64,000 nt of DNA from Camelus ferus (taxonomy: Eukaryota). The stretch lies in assembly GCF_009834535.1 (NCBI RefSeq), contig NC_045696.1:62188001-62252000 (forward strand), in the 5' to 3' direction. This document shows positions 36,216 through 50,200 of the stretch, piece after piece. A program made the position numbers and the translations under genes. Numbering within the stretch: position 1 is the stretch's first letter; each line of letters begins with the position of its first letter. The notes below the pieces were generated by a model. It saw only the letters and a program-made list of their open reading frames with translations, had not been told where the DNA came from and searched no databases.

Positions 36216-38477
36216 GCTAACCCCAAGGCTGACCACCTGGTTTTTATCTCTGTGACCTGGACAAGTCCGGTCCCTGCTCTGAGTCTTGATTTGCTTGTGA
36301 GTAAGTGAGGGGTTGGAGGAAATGATCTCTAAGGAGCGGCAGCTCCGAGGCTGATAGTCCATAGCCCACTAAAGGCTCACTGAGTGACTGGCAGGTTAGG
36401 AAGAGGGCATACCCCACCAGAAAAGCGAGAGCTTTAGGGACTTGTTTATGGAAGCGTAACAATTCCTGGATTGCCCAGAAGTTGGAAATTCAAACTGGTT
36501 AGTTGTGTGCACCAGATTTCTCTCTTCCCATGAATGGGAATGACATTAAGTGACTCAGAGAACAGTTGGCACAAAGATGCAATCTCTGTTCTTCGAAGTA
36601 GGTGCTAGGACTTCTGTGCTTCCCATTCTTCCCCTTAAGAAGCAAAGGTGGGGTCCATGACATTCTCCCTTGGTGGCTTGGGGTGCCCTACACACTGAAA
36701 TCCAGCCCTCTCCCGTGGTGACGTGCAGACTGCACATGCGGTGTCCGGGTCTCCCCATCAAAGAGCTGCCTGCCTCAGCACTGGAGATCCTGAACTAATA
36801 CCTATTTTTGGCAATAATTATCAAGCCTTTTGTAAGAGCCTAGGTACGCAAGCAGATCTTTTAAAAATAGGCCTATATTTTCTCCCCAGATTCCTGGTGG
36901 TGACTCAGCACAGTGTACAGTAGCTGTGATTCAGGGAGGGTGTAGGCACTGAGGGCCTGCAGGGGAGTCTTGGCAGCTGTTGAGTGCTCCCTACTAGAAC
37001 CCATGGGGTCACAGCCAAGGAAAGGAGGCATGCACGCCCCACACCCCAGTCTTCCGGAATGCTACTATTGCCACCAAGCCACAGGCTTCTCTGTCTTCTA
37101 GATGCGGCCAACCATCAAGGCCAAGGGCATTTGGCCGAATAGCTCCAGAGCTGGAACAGGGCAGGCAAGGAGACACACTGGGACTCTGACAGCCCAGTGT
37201 GGGGGCAGATGCCTACCTGTGGCCTGGGGGAGTGAGGAGCAGGGGGCCACGGGAGAGACACTCAGAGGGGACAGGGAATGCCCTGGCTGATGGAGGCCCA
37301 GCCAGGAGTTTGGGGCTTTGAGCCCAGCTGGGTAGCTGACTCACTGTGGGCTCTTAATCCTCTGTGGTGGGCAGGCCCAGCTCTAGAGGCCTAGAGGGCT
37401 TAGTGGTGTTTGTGTAGCTACAAAAACGGGGCCTGTGGGCTGGCACGTAGCCCTGCTTGGTCATGCGCAGGAGGGCAGGAGAGCAGGGCGCGGTGGGGGA
37501 CAGCGAGAGGCAGGATGAGCTGTTTGGAGAGAGAGTTGTGCACCAGCCTGTGACAGGAGTGTTTGCAGAGGGACTGACACAGGGACAGAATGTCGGGGTG
37601 GGGCCAGGAGTTGGGGCAGAGTCAGGTAAAGCTACACCCCTGGAGTCAGTCCAGACCATACACCAGGGTTAGGTAGAGATAGATTATGCATTTTTCAGTT
37701 TTCAGAGCTGAGTCAAAGACTTCAAATTTCTCACTAAAATATATTAGAGCTGCTCAGAGGTTTAAGGAACTCGATGAGTTAAGTACATTAGCAGAAACTC
37801 AAGACCCACTTCAGAGCTTTTGTTTCTCTCCTTCTGGCCCCTCTACCCAGCCCCCTGCCCTCTGAGGGCCCCAGTATTCACTTCATTCTCTCCCAGTCTC
37901 ACTGTAGAAGTGTGACTTGGGGAGGAAAATGCGTCCCTTCTATCTGCCTCCTCAAATGCTCAGAGAGTGGTGAGTGGAGGCCCAGGAAGAGGCTGGGCAT
38001 CACAAGGCTCTAGGTAAGATGCTGAATCTTGGCACAAAAATGTGGAGAGTATGTTGTTTCTGAAATATTTTAGGAGTGTTTCTATAGCCTATAAATTTGT
38101 CCTCCCATTCCCTATAGCAGGGAGCCTCACTGCTTCAGGGGAGGGCAGCCTCTGCCTTGGCTGAGGTGTCACTGTCAAGTTAGATTTTTGTGAATCCCAA
38201 GAATGACAATAGGCTTAAAAGTCAAGTGTGGAAGGAGAGAGGATTTTCTAAAGGTCTGGAGGATCTGATCATAGAATTTTATCAGTGGGTGGTCCCTGGG
38301 AGGCAAGGAGAGGAAGGAGGGAGCCCATCCCTTTATTTCCAACACATCATGGGGAATGGGAGACAGAGGGGGGTCAGATAGGCATGTGTCTCTATCTCCC
38401 TACCCTAGGTTCCAGGCCAGGGGAGGGAGGGGGAGACATGCTTGCTAAGTTGAGGAGAATGTTTTTCCTCTTTTCAG

Positions 38478-38585
38478 AGTCTGCAAGAAACACCAACACA
38501 TTTCCTGCACCAACATGGGGATGTCTATGGCCGCATCAAAGGAGATGCAGCTTGGCTTGGGAATCTCTGTGGCTCCTAGAGGCTG
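38478..38585 (+). other. Candidate 108-nt spliced exon of an unidentified transcript
   Basis: Acceptor gtttttcctcttttcag and donor CTG|gtaagg. No recognisable protein. Confidence 0.25.
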
Positions 38586-41500
38586 GTAAGGAACTTAGCT
38601 AAAAGTGTGAGTGGGGAGCTGGGATTGGGGGTGCTTGGCACTGTAGCCAAGATCAAACAGCCTTTGTAAGTCTGACTGAAAGTCCAGCCAGGACTTGGGT
38701 CTTGTAGGGACCAGAAAAAGTCCTGGAGGAGCCAAGTCAGTGCTGAAACAACCAAGCCCTGGCTGGCCAAATTGCAGTAGACAGTGGCAGAATATCCATC
38801 TGTTGTTTGTGGCCCAATGTGAGCCCTCAGACCAGCAACCCTTGACCATGGCTGGATGACAGACTCACCTGTGATAAGTGAGCCCAGGGTCCACATCCAC
38901 AGGTTTTGATTGAATTGGTCTGGAGTAATTTTTTTTTAAAGCATCAGGGGAGTGAACTGCCTCCTTCAGGGTTGGAAACACCCTCCACACCAAGGCTAGG
39001 ACTAGGTCGATGCACAATTTAGGGAGGTGCTCACTGTCAAGGCCACAAAAGCACCTCCTTCCTTACATGTATGCCCCACCTGCTACCCTTGCCTCACTCA
39101 CCTAGCCTGTTCCACCTCCTCTCCAGGTAGGTTTCTTCTCTGGCCCGATTTGAAGAGGTAGCTCAAAGCCATGAGTCCCTCTCCTTTAGAAGGCACCAGA
39201 AGGTTGCAGATGAAACCATGGGGCTAGGAAACATCTGGGGAGTGGGCTTGGGAAGAGTGTGGGCAGAAAACCAAAGAATGAACAGACCAAATCACTACCT
39301 TACATGCTTTGAGGGTTTCTGGGATAAGAATGACACAACATGACTATTGGCTGCAAAATATGACTTAGTCATTTCCACCAGGCCTCTGAAGCCAGGACAT
39401 TTTGGTTTAAAACTCACTGTGGGGGAGGGCGGACGAGGCCCAGGGTTCTTCGGAAAGGGATTCAAGTTACACAAACCAATGTGTGCTCATGTTTTGTTCA
39501 GTCACAGAGACAAAGAGGGTGCGCCTGCCTCCCATGGTGCGTGGGAGAGCTCGGGGACCCCTGCCCAGCTCTTGGTTGCTCATCCTGTGTCTCACCCAGA
39601 AATCCGTCCCCGTGGCAGTGAATCAGAAATCGGCACCATGGAAGGCAGACTTTTGAGGAGCATTTGGAACCAATTAGTTGGTTAGTGTGAGCTCAGGGCT
39701 CCAGTGAATGGCCCAGTACTGTGTGAAAGCTCGGGGCTTTACACGCTGGGACAAATGCGTTCTTTGTCAGTAATAAGTGACCTTTGTTTCCTTCTGCCCG
39801 GCCTCCCCGCCTCCCTGCTCCATCCTGGCCTCAGCACAGATCCTGGGTCTTCCAGAAGGAAACCTGACCTGGCCTTGCCAATAAAATCAGGTACCCTGAG
39901 CATCCATACGGCAGGGGTGGAGGTGTCATTCTGTGTTTTAATCCAAAGTCCTTCTTACAGGGGGTAGGGACAAGAGCCCTAGACTTTAGGAGCAGAGCTT
40001 GCTCTGACCTGTGTTGGAGCACCTTTTAAAATCTGGTTCTGTCATCTCCTTTTTCTCAGCTTGGACAGCAGCGGGGAAAGTTGTCAGCAGAGGAAGAATA
40101 GGAAGGCAGAGACTAGTTCCCAATCACGTCGCTGACTCTCAGTCTTGCCAATCAGGGCCCTATCAGCAGCCTCTGATCCCAGGTCAAAACCCTCCAAACC
40201 TGAACCAATGTCCTTTAGAGTGAGAATTTGAGGTCTGACTTCCTTCAATTCTGATGGCTTGGCCAGATCTGCTGGCAGAGGGGATCTGTCTGCTCTCGGG
40301 GCTCGGGAGATGGTTAACATGTGAGCAGCAACTGAGGCTTTCTAATAAACTAGGCCACTTTCTCTCAGTCTTGATTTCTGCTGAGAGAAGCAGCATCAAT
40401 GACCCATAAAACTTGAGAGCTTTTCCCTTACCCATTTGCTGGGATCTATTAATCTCTTCCAATAGCCAGCAGCTAACCCATCTGCAAGACACCTGGTCTT
40501 GATTTAATTAATGTGCAAAGCAAAAGAACATCAGGCAGGTAAAAATCTGTAATTAGTAATAGTCTCTCAAGATTTTCTTTGTTGGTTCTCCCTGCCTCCC
40601 CTTTCCAGGCCGTGGGAGGGGATGAGAAGGAGCCAAAGGCAAATACAGTTTAATTCCATCTTGAGTAATTACTCCGGAAAGCCCTCTAAAAATTGCTGGC
40701 TGTTTAACTCAGCAATTTGAACTTGCATTTGGGAACATCATCAAAACTGTAAATGCCTTGATCTTTTTTATGCTTCTGTACATAAGGAAAACCAAGTACA
40801 CCTAATTCCTATGCCATGTTGTCATAAGCATTAGAAACTCTTGGCACATGGCCTTCAGTAGGAGGCTCGAGAAGGGCTGGCTTTTTCTTTGTTGCAGGAG
40901 GAAACATCTGGATGCCTTGGAGTGAACATCACAAGAGGAGCCAAGAGGCTGGAGCTCTGATCCCTGTCCCTCAGTGGCTCACAGGACGACACTGGGCAGG
41001 ACATGTCCCCACCTGGCCTCTATTTTCTAGTCTTAAAATAGGGGTAATGTCAGATAATTTCTAGAGTTCAAAGTTCTCACCCCCACCCTCGAAGCTCTGC
41101 CATTCTTTGTTTCTAGGAAACACATTCTTCTCTCACATCACAAACCCAGAGGTGAGGAGGGTTAAGCAAGGCAAAGGTAACTAGGTACAGAAACTTGTTC
41201 TGCAGACGTGATTATCCAAAGGTTTGAGGAAAAGATAACCAATTGTGGACTATGAGATTCCTTTGAACACCTTGGATGTGGTGTAGAACCTGTAACCACA
41301 GAGGAGAAAAAAAAATTAACTGGCCTCTGGGGGTTTTGTGGGGCACCTGTGACCTCAGCCTTAATCAGCATCTCATGCTTTCCTACAACACTTGAAAACC
41401 ACATGGGTTTTAGGCAATCACCCAATTTAAACCAATGCCATTGCCCTCTGTGGTTTTGCATGCTCTTCTACGAAGGAAGAAAAGCAGAACTGGGGCAACA

Positions 41501-42019
41501 GGGGCAGAGATCTATTCATTCACATCTTTATTCAGGCATTTATTTAAGAGAAGCTAAGTACCTATAATACATGGGGCCCTAGGGAGGAAATAGGAACTGG
41601 ATAAACCACAACCCAGAAGCTACCAAAGTTCTTGAAACATCTACATTCATATCTTTGCACTTTGGGTTTAGGCAGTAGATCTGTAACAAGACAAAGTCAT
41701 TCACAAGGAGACTTATCTTCTAGCTCTTAATGAGCCTGGTGGCCGCAGATCATTAACTAAGAATGCCCACCTGTCTGTTGCGTTCCTATCCTTCCTTCAA
41801 GGCTCAATTCCATGCCACCTCCCCTGGGAAGCCTCTCCTGATATCCTCAGGCAGATGTGATCTCTTTGTCTTCTGGTCGTCCGTGGCATTTGGTGGGTCC
41901 CACTCAAATGATTATCTTATACCCAAATTTGCACTATTTTTGATTCTGCCTGTGTCTTATTCTCTTTTAGACTGGTACCTCCTCAAGGGCAGGGGGTATT
42001 GAGGCACAAGCAGGACAGA

Positions 42020-42185
42020 CTTTGTTGGAGTGGTCAATATCCTGACTGTGAGATTATAGTATAGCCTTGAAAGTCTCACCATTGAGGGAAACTGGGGAAG
42101 GGGTAAACAGGCTGTCTCTGTATTACATCTTATAACAGCATATGCATCCATAATGATCTCCAAATAAAAAATTTAATTAAAAACA
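42020..42185 (+). mobile_element. L1MC-type 3' terminus
   Basis: tcaatatcctgactgtgagattatagtatag...accattgagggaaactgggg...tctctgtattacatcttataac...ctccaaataaaaaatttaattaaaa. Confidence 0.75.
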
Positions 42186-42189
42186 AAAC

Positions 42190-42860
42190 GCACGGAATCA
42201 TAAGACCCCAAAGATGGAAGAAACTCATTAAGTCCCCTAGTCCTGTTTTTACCGAATGGGTGAATTTCTGCCACAGCATCCCACATACAGATTTACCAGC
42301 CTTTTTCAAACTCCAGCAATGGAGAATTCACGATCTCATGAGGGAGAGCATTCCATTTTCAGACAATTCCAATTCTATTCTGAAACCAACCGTCCAGGCT
42401 ATAACTTCCCCTTGGAGCCCACACAGAAGAAGCTGCTTCCTCATCCCCATGACAACCCTTCAGCAACGTGAAGCTGGTCATTATGTCCACCTGGGTCTCC
42501 TCCAGGCAGCAGGATTTCTTTCCTCTTCTTGCTCCATCAGTTCTCTTAACTTATGTCCATAGTTTTGAGTTCTCATACCATTGCAGAGCCTTTTCTCTGA
42601 ATGTACCTCATATGTTACTCTGATCTGAAACAGGATTAACAACTTCCTTTGTTTCAGACATTTCCACTGGCTCCAAAGCAGTTAAAGACTGCATTTGCAT
42701 TTTTATGCTAACTCCATACCACTGGTTCATATTAAATGTAGATTCCACAACAACCTTCCATCTTTCTGTTCCTCCAGCTACATGTCAAGCTCCTCATCCC
42801 CTGTATTGGCAAGTATTGTTTAGTTTTAACTCAGAAGTAGGACTTTATATTTCTCTATAT
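42190..42860. mobile_element. CR1/L3-like ancient LINE remnants
   Basis: gaatcataagaccccaaagatggaag...ctccagcaatggagaattcacgatctcatgaggg...cattccatttt resembles L3. Confidence 0.45.
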
Positions 42861-43879
42861 TTGGCTTCAGTTCAGGTGACAACTTGAAGGAGGTCTGAAT
42901 CTGTGGATTCAGATGTAGAAGACTGGGAGTGAGAGGACATGTGCACTTGTGCATGCTGCCATGTGTTGGCCGGCATCCCGCAGCAGTGTGCCCAGAGACG
43001 GATGAGTACTTCCAGCTCTGGCAGCCCTAGGGTATTGCTCATTGTTGTTGAATAGCAAGATAGGTTTATTTTTATAACAAGTATTTACTGCAGAACAGCC
43101 TAGCAGAACCTCCTGGGTTTCACAACTCTTCCGGCTCTATGACGTGCACAGAATGATGCCAGCCCGCTCCTATCCTCATTCCCCGTCCCCATAGAGACGC
43201 TGACTGGGAACCAGAGCATCAGGGTAAGGCTCAGTGTCAAGAATCTGTGCCCAGGGCTCAGGGAGACAGACGAAATGCCTCTGTGCAGTATCAGAGGGCA
43301 GGGTCATCTCACTCCCAACTAAATGAGAGGAGAAGTCAAGGCTGCCAGGCTCTTTAGAGCAGAGTGGGACAGAGCACCTGCTTATATAAAATCAGTAAGT
43401 TCCAACTCTTCTTGGGGAGGGATAAACTCAGTCTACAGCCCAATGCCCAAACGCTTCAGTTTATCCTGTGTTCTCTTCCTTTGCCTGTCGTGGCATCAAG
43501 CATTGTTGCATTGGCCCCTGAGAGTCCTGGGGAAGCACATCTCCATCTCTTCTCCTATACATACACCTTCAGTGGCTCCTGTTGTCTTGGATTCTATTCC
43601 TGCTGCTCTCCTCACACGATTGACATGTCTTCTTGGTGTGTCCTTCCTCTCCATCTGCTGTCAATAGATGGGACTCCACTCAAGTGCACACGTGAAGACG
43701 TGCTTAGTTCTTCCAATGACTGCAATCTCACTCTTTTTTGTGCTTCTCTGTGCTTCTCTCTTCTCAGCATCCAAAGGGCCACAGTCCTGGCAGGGGGCTC
43801 ACAGAGAAGCTGCTGTGCTTGGTATCTGGACTGGCCTTACAGGAACCCTATCTTGCCTTGCTTCCATCTAGTCTATGCC

Positions 43880-44365
43880 TGTGGCAAAGACTGTCTGATG
43901 TCCCCAGTACCTATTCTCCCCTTCTTCCATGGCAGTAGACATTTTATCAGAGCAAGTGGTTACCCAGAATAAAGACAACACTCCCCATTCTCCTTCTGTA
44001 GCTAGGCATTGTCATATGACCAAGTTCTGGCCAACGGGATGGGAGTGGAAATGGTGCAAGCAATCTCTCTGCCTTTAAAGGGAAGGAATCTCCCCCCCCC
44101 CATGGCTCCCTCCCCTTTCTATTGGTTGGAATGTGGATGTGGTGATGAGCTGTGGTGGTGAGCCATGTTGGCCCATGCAAATGAGAACAACCACCTAGAG
44201 ATGATGGAGCAAGAAGAGAAAAGAAGCCTATGCCCCATGATTATTAGCTGAGCAGAACCATTTTACCAGCTCAGACTTCACTTGAGAAATCCACTTCTGT
44301 CTTGTTTAAACCACAGTTACTCTGGGTCTTTGTCCCATGTAGCCAAATCTGCATCCTAACTAACA
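43880..44365 (+). mobile_element. MaLR solo LTR (MLT1J-like)
   Basis: Begins tgtggcaaagactg, has gctaggcattgtcatatgaccaagttctggccaacgggatg, and ends ttctgtcttgtttaaaccac...gcagcc-like...cctaactaaca. Confidence 0.8.
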
Positions 44366-46292
44366 TAATGTCCCAACCCACTTAATTCTTGGCTTCTTGT
44401 TCTGCTTCTGCCCTCTCCCTGCCTCTCTGTTAGCCTCCTGCTTTGTCTCCCAGCCTCTTGGCTTGTCTTTACCCACTTGGCCTAACCTGACCTCTCAAGG
44501 TAGCCTTGAATCCATTCTCTGGTGCTGCCCTGAGAGGCGAGCATGGGGAAAAGGGTGGTGGTGGCCAAGCTGGGATTTTCAGACTGTTTTCATTCTGGTT
44601 CCAACCTCTGCTACTTGGGTGTTGAACACCAGGAACTTAGTGCCTCTGGAGCCTTTACCTTGGCCACTTGTCTTTGAGTTGAGTCTTTGCCTTATTTCCC
44701 TGTGACCAGACTGTGAGCTCCCTGAAGACAGGCATTGTACCTGCCTCCTCTTGAAAGGTCTTCTGGTAACTTGTCCATAGCAGGCCCTTAATCAATGTAC
44801 AGGTTCGCGTCTCAGGATTCCTAGAACACCACACTGAGTCCTGGACGGTGCAGAGAGCTATGGGCTTGTGACTAGCTTTTCCCAGTTATTGAAGACTTCC
44901 CAGCTGGAAAAGGCAATTGGATCAATAAACCGATTCACCAGATGCTTCTCAGTTGGGGATCTTCCCAGAAGTTCTCTCTACACAAAAAAGGAGAGCTTAG
45001 CCCGACTCAATCCCCTAATGTCTCAGCCTCCTGAGACAAGCTACACCCACCCACCGTTGACCTTTAAGTGTTAAGCAACACACCCAGAGTGGGCTAACTC
45101 TTAGTCACTGACTTGAGAAGAAAGGATCGGTCTGTACTGTACTTCCCATAACACCTAAAAATAACTTCTCCCCATGGGCCTGAGTGGGGAAAATGAAATA
45201 CAGTAGAACCCCTTAATTAAGTAGCTGAGAAGATGACAGTACACCCTCTGTACCAGATTTTCCAGGGCCGAGGGAGCTAGAAGACTCGCGCCTATGCTCT
45301 GGAGAGTTTAGGACCCCTGAGTAGTAGATCAAAGCTGAGAGAAAGGAGGCGCTCTGCATTGGGGCTTTACCCCTCCACCCTGTCCCTGGTGTGGAGAAAG
45401 TTCCATGGGAAATCGGAAGCCACTGGATGCCAAAGATGGAACCTTGGCTTAAAAATGAGAAAAGTGTCCCAAGCATCAGATCTGCCACTTCCTGCTTCCC
45501 CCAGTAAGTGGTCCTGAACAAGTCTCCAAAGCCTTCTGGACTCACTTTCCTCATCCTCTGATGGAAAGAGTGGACAAGATGCTCTCCAAGACCTTCCCTG
45601 CCACAGCATCCTGAGAGTTTGCTTGTTTCTCTGGTCATCTTCTTGGTAGCTGCCTTCAGCTCCTCTCTGCCTCCGCTCTGCCAGGCCACCCCACACACTG
45701 ATGCCTTTCCTCACTCCTCCCTGCTGTCTGCTCCTCCTGACACTGGACTAAAGAAACAGGCACAATCGGAGTTTCCTGTAAACACAGACTCCCGTGAACA
45801 CCAAACAGAGAGGGCCTAGGAGGAGGCCATGCATGAGCTGGGATCCGTGGACACCTCAGGTGTTTGGTGCTAACTGCCAGCTCTGTGCGCAGCTTGGGGC
45901 AGAAAGGAAGCAGGAAATGGTGGGTTGGACCCCTCCATATGTGTTAGTGATGTCTTTAGGGCTCTGACTTATTTTTATTTTACTTTTCTGGCCAGTTCCA
46001 AAGTCTTACCACACACACTCCCCACCTCATTCACTCATCAAAATATACCTTCTTTTATTCCCTCTTTTTTCCTGCCCAATTGAAGAACCATAAGCTACAA
46101 CTGACTCCCAAAGGTAAGAGTACCAAAATAATCAATATTTGAATCCCAGCAGACTTTCTCAAACACTATGTGCTACTACAACAGCTTGGCCCTATTTAAT
46201 TAAATTCCTGTTCACCCAAGCAGCAGATGGCAAAAATGGCCACAATCATTTGTAGCTCCTCTCATTAATAGGGGAGCCAATTTCCCCACTCC

Positions 46293-47125
46293 TTTTTTTG
46301 TTGTGGTAAGATGCACATAAACATAAAATTTACTGTTTTAACCATTTTAAAATGTACAGTTCTGTGGCATTAAGTACATTCACATTTTTGGGCAACCATT
46401 GTCACCATCTCTCTCCTGAACTTTGTCATCTTCCCCATCTGAAACGCTACACCCATGAAACATCCATACTCCAATCTCTCCCTCCAGCTCCTGGCAACCA
46501 CCATTCTACTTTCTGTCTCTATTAAGTTGATTACTCGAGGAGGCTCATATAAGTGGACTCATAGTATTTTTCTTTTTGTGGCTGACTTTTTCAGTGAGCA
46601 TAATGTCTTCAGGGTTCTTCCACGTTGTAGTACATGACAGAATTTCCTTCCTTTTTAAGAATGAATAATAATTCCATTGTATGCATGTACCACATTTTGT
46701 TTATCCATTCATACTTGGATTATCCATCAGACACTTTCACCTTTTGGCTATTGTGAATAATGCTGCAGTGTACATGGGTGTACAAATATCTGTTCAAGTC
46801 TCTACTTTCAATTCATTTGGCTAAATACCCAGAACTGGAATTGCTGGATCATATGGTAACTTCATGTTTAATTTTTTAAGGAATCACCACGGTTTCCACA
46901 GTGGCTGCATCATTTTACAATCCTACCAGCAATATACAAATGTTCCAATTTCTCCACATTTTCTCCAACTCCTTTTATTTTCTATTTTTTGGATAATAGC
47001 CATCCTAATGGGTGTGAAGTGGTATCTCATTGTGGTTTTGACTTGCATTTTCCTAATGGTTAGTGATGTTGCACATCCTTTTGTGTGTTTATTGGCCATT
47101 TTATACTTTCTTTGAAGAAATGTCA
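46293..47125 (-). mobile_element. L1MB-type 3' fragment (ORF2 end + 3' UTR)
   Basis: The minus ORF 46923-47144 gives L1 ORF2 text (MANKHTKGCATSLTIRKMQVKTTMRYHFTPIRMAII). Degenerate target-site duplication attccccactccttt-like / attcctcattcttt. Confidence 0.9.
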
Positions 47126-47157
47126 AATTCCTCATTCTTTGCACCTGGGCTGCCCAT

Positions 47158-47276
47158 TAGAGTGACTAACTGTCCCAGTTTATTCAGAACTTTCCCAGTT
47201 TTTGTACGGGATGTCCTGAGTTTTGCCCTGAAACCCCTCTGTGCTGGGCAAACTGGGACAACAGTTTGTCACTCTA
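47158..47276. mobile_element. MER94-like hAT-Blackjack MITE
   Basis: Perfect 9-bp terminal inverted repeats TAGAGTGAC / GTCACTCTA and internal tgtcccagttt / aaactgggaca. Confidence 0.8.
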
Positions 47277-50200
47277 GCTGGCTTTGTGTCTTGCTTTGAT
47301 CAATAGAATGCACTGGAATTGACAATATACAGGTTTCAGCCTAGGTCTCTAGGTGCTTTGCTGCCTCCTCTCATGCAGCTCTTGGAAACCTGTGGCCCCA
47401 GAAACAAGCCCATGCTAGCCCGCTGGGTGACAGGAGGCCTGTGGCCCAGTCACCTCCTAACTCTTGCTAACAGCCTGCTGGCCACAAAACCTGTGAGTGA
47501 GGCCATCCTCAGTCACTCAACTGCCAGCTGATTCGCTCGCTCACAGCAGAGGCACAGGAGCCCAGAAAAGCTCAGCAGAGCTCAGCCGAGCTGGCCCAGA
47601 CTGGAAGAACCACCTAGCCAGCCCTCAGAGCTGTCATCTCAGTAAGCAGTGGCTGTTTTAAGCCACTAAGGCTGGGGATGATTTGTTACTCAGTGAAAAC
47701 TAATCATACAACTTCACATAAAACATGTTATGTTATTTCTTTAAGATCTTTGCTGCAGAGAGGACACTTCTGCCCCCACAGCGCCCCTGTTCTTGGTGAG
47801 AAGAGCTTCACCTACTCTTGTATTTCAGGGTGGCCACAGAAGAAGCCAAGAGGCCGTTCTCTCTGCCAAAAGCAGACAGATTTTTCTCCTCTTCTCATCC
47901 TTTGTCCTCCCCTCATCATCCACTCACTGCACAGAGATGAGCTTATTAGATTCAAAGACTGAAGTGGCCACAGCCAGCTACTTCCTTACAGTTTCAAATT
48001 TTCACTCTCTAATCTTTTCCTTCTTGATCACAGTGCATCTGAAAGAATTCTGACTTGCTCCAAATGCTCTTTTTCCAGTTGGCTGAAGCTTCTGTGACTC
48101 CACCCCTGTTCCACTTGCTTGGTTCTCTGAACAGTCACAGTGAGAGGCGTTGTTTTGACACCAGAGTCTGGTCATTGTCATCCTGTAAGCTGTTTCAGAG
48201 CTGTTCAGAGGGTCTCATTCTGGGAACTTGAAGTCAAGCAGGACTAGCCCACTCTTCTAAAGGAGACCTGCTTCTTTCCAGAATTTTCTGGCTCTTAACC
48301 CTCTCCATTAATTGAATTATAATTAATTGTCTGATGATAAAGGCCCCAAACATGCAGACTGTTTTCTTTTCCTCTAATCAACTCTTGGTGAGCCCTTGCA
48401 CCTGCAGTGAGAGGGATCTGGTCATGGTGCTACCCTGGCCTCCAGGGCTTGTAGGCAGCTAGCTGCAGATGGCAGAGTTGATTCTCAGCCCCAGAGTGAT
48501 GAGAATTCCATTGCAAGGCTCTTTTCCCTAGTCTTGGGTCAATAAAGATAGAGCCATAGAAATGGCTTTAGAAATCACCTGGTCCAACACTGCCAGATGA
48601 GGAAACCAAGACCCAGACTTGCCCAAGTCTACCCAGCAAGATGATGGCAAAGCCAGGGCTAGAACCCTCGCCCTCTGACCTCTAGATTAGTGCCACCTCA
48701 ACTAACCATTGCTGCTGACAAATGTAGGCTTGGGTTGATTTTTGAAAAATATGTTAGGAGAAGTGAAAGGAAGCCAAGGATTTTCTGCAGACCAAACTGC
48801 TGGGTGACAGAAACAGAGGGTGGAGGGCAGTGCTGCCAAGATGAGGGATCTTAGAAAGGCCCTGCCTGTCCTCCCCTTGAGCTGAGAATATCCACCGGAC
48901 AGAAACAAAACTTAAAAAGGAGTCAAACCCCTTACCCTGGCCAAGCCAGCGTAGGAACAACTACCAAAAGGAGAATGCCTCATCCTCCCACCTTTCTATT
49001 CTATATAGGAAACACTTTTCTGACAAACTTAGACAACTTTTCCACAGGAAGACTTCATGGCATATTAAATATCGATGTTTCTACTAATTCCCTGCTTGTT
49101 AAATTTTCACATTGTGCAATCACCGTGAGGATACACTTCTCAGGGTGTTTTTTTCTAATATTATTTCATATTCAGATTTTTTTGTGTCAACGGAGTCATC
49201 ATGTTTGTCAATTACAATTGTAATTCTGTGTCCACCATGTGGGTGCACCATAATTTGCTGTCCAATTTGCCTCAGGGTGAATATTTGTATCATTTCTAGT
49301 TCATTAGCATGAATAACATCACAGTGGTTAATTATGTACCAATAGTTCTTTTAGCCCTTTGGGTTCATTTATTCCGGGTGTGCCTCCCTAGATAGAATGA
49401 TTGGCTCATGGCTAAGACTCAGCTCTTGCTATTGCCAGATTACTCTCTAGAAAGATGCAATCAATTTGTAGGGCCTTCAACTTCATTTAAAGCTGCCATT
49501 TCTCCTAGCACGGAACTTGTGCTCTCATTGAGTTTTGTCATTTATATTCATTTTTGCCATGTCAGATTGGGTCAGCTTAACAGTCAGGAATATAGGATAT
49601 GAATCAAGGGAGACGATCTGAGATGAAGCCAAGAAGCCGAACTGGGCAGAATCTAAGACAAATGCTCCAAGTAGGATGAAGTGAATGAGGTTTATTCTTT
49701 TCAGCTACTCATCCCTGGGTGTGTGGTGGGCTGGCCTAGGCTGAAAATTCAGAGTTTGGGTGCACCCCAGTTTAACAAGTGTGTAGTGGAGCCTGAAATC
49801 TGTTTCCAGCTTTGCATTTCTTTCCCTTTTTCAGCTAGGCTATTTGTCTTTCTGTGGATAGTTTACCGTCTGCACTCCTTCTGTGCATTATCTGTGATTC
49901 CTTGGCCTGAGGTCTCTGTTCCCTACTTTCACCAGCAAAAATCAGAGTCCCTGAATCACAAAGGAGAGTAAGTACATATCCACACTGGCTTCTCCTCATG
50001 CTGGGCCCCTATGGCTCACAAGAAAACACCACAGTGTGGCTCCCAAGTGTCATTCCTGGGAAACAGCCCTTCCTGGTATTGTTAGATTTGGCCAAGATGA
50101 TGATAACTGCATGGAGCACCTCAGAAGGGAACAGCTCTTTCTAGTGGTGTTTGATTTGGCCAAGATGACGATAACTGCACAGAGAGCCTCAGAAGCTCCA

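Larger units (their letters stand above)
46219..47710 (+). mobile_element. MaLR solo LTR (MLT1G/H-like) interrupted by L1MB and MER94
   Basis: 5' part caaaaatggccacaatcatttgtagctcctctcatt at 46230. The 3' part ends ttttaagccactaaggctggggatgatttgttactcagtgaaaactaatcataca. Confidence 0.75.

Noticed and set aside
43364..43972. 202-aa Cys/Leu/Ser-rich ORF
   Set aside because: GTG start, pyrimidine-rich low-complexity composition, runs into an MLT1 LTR, and no recognisable domain.
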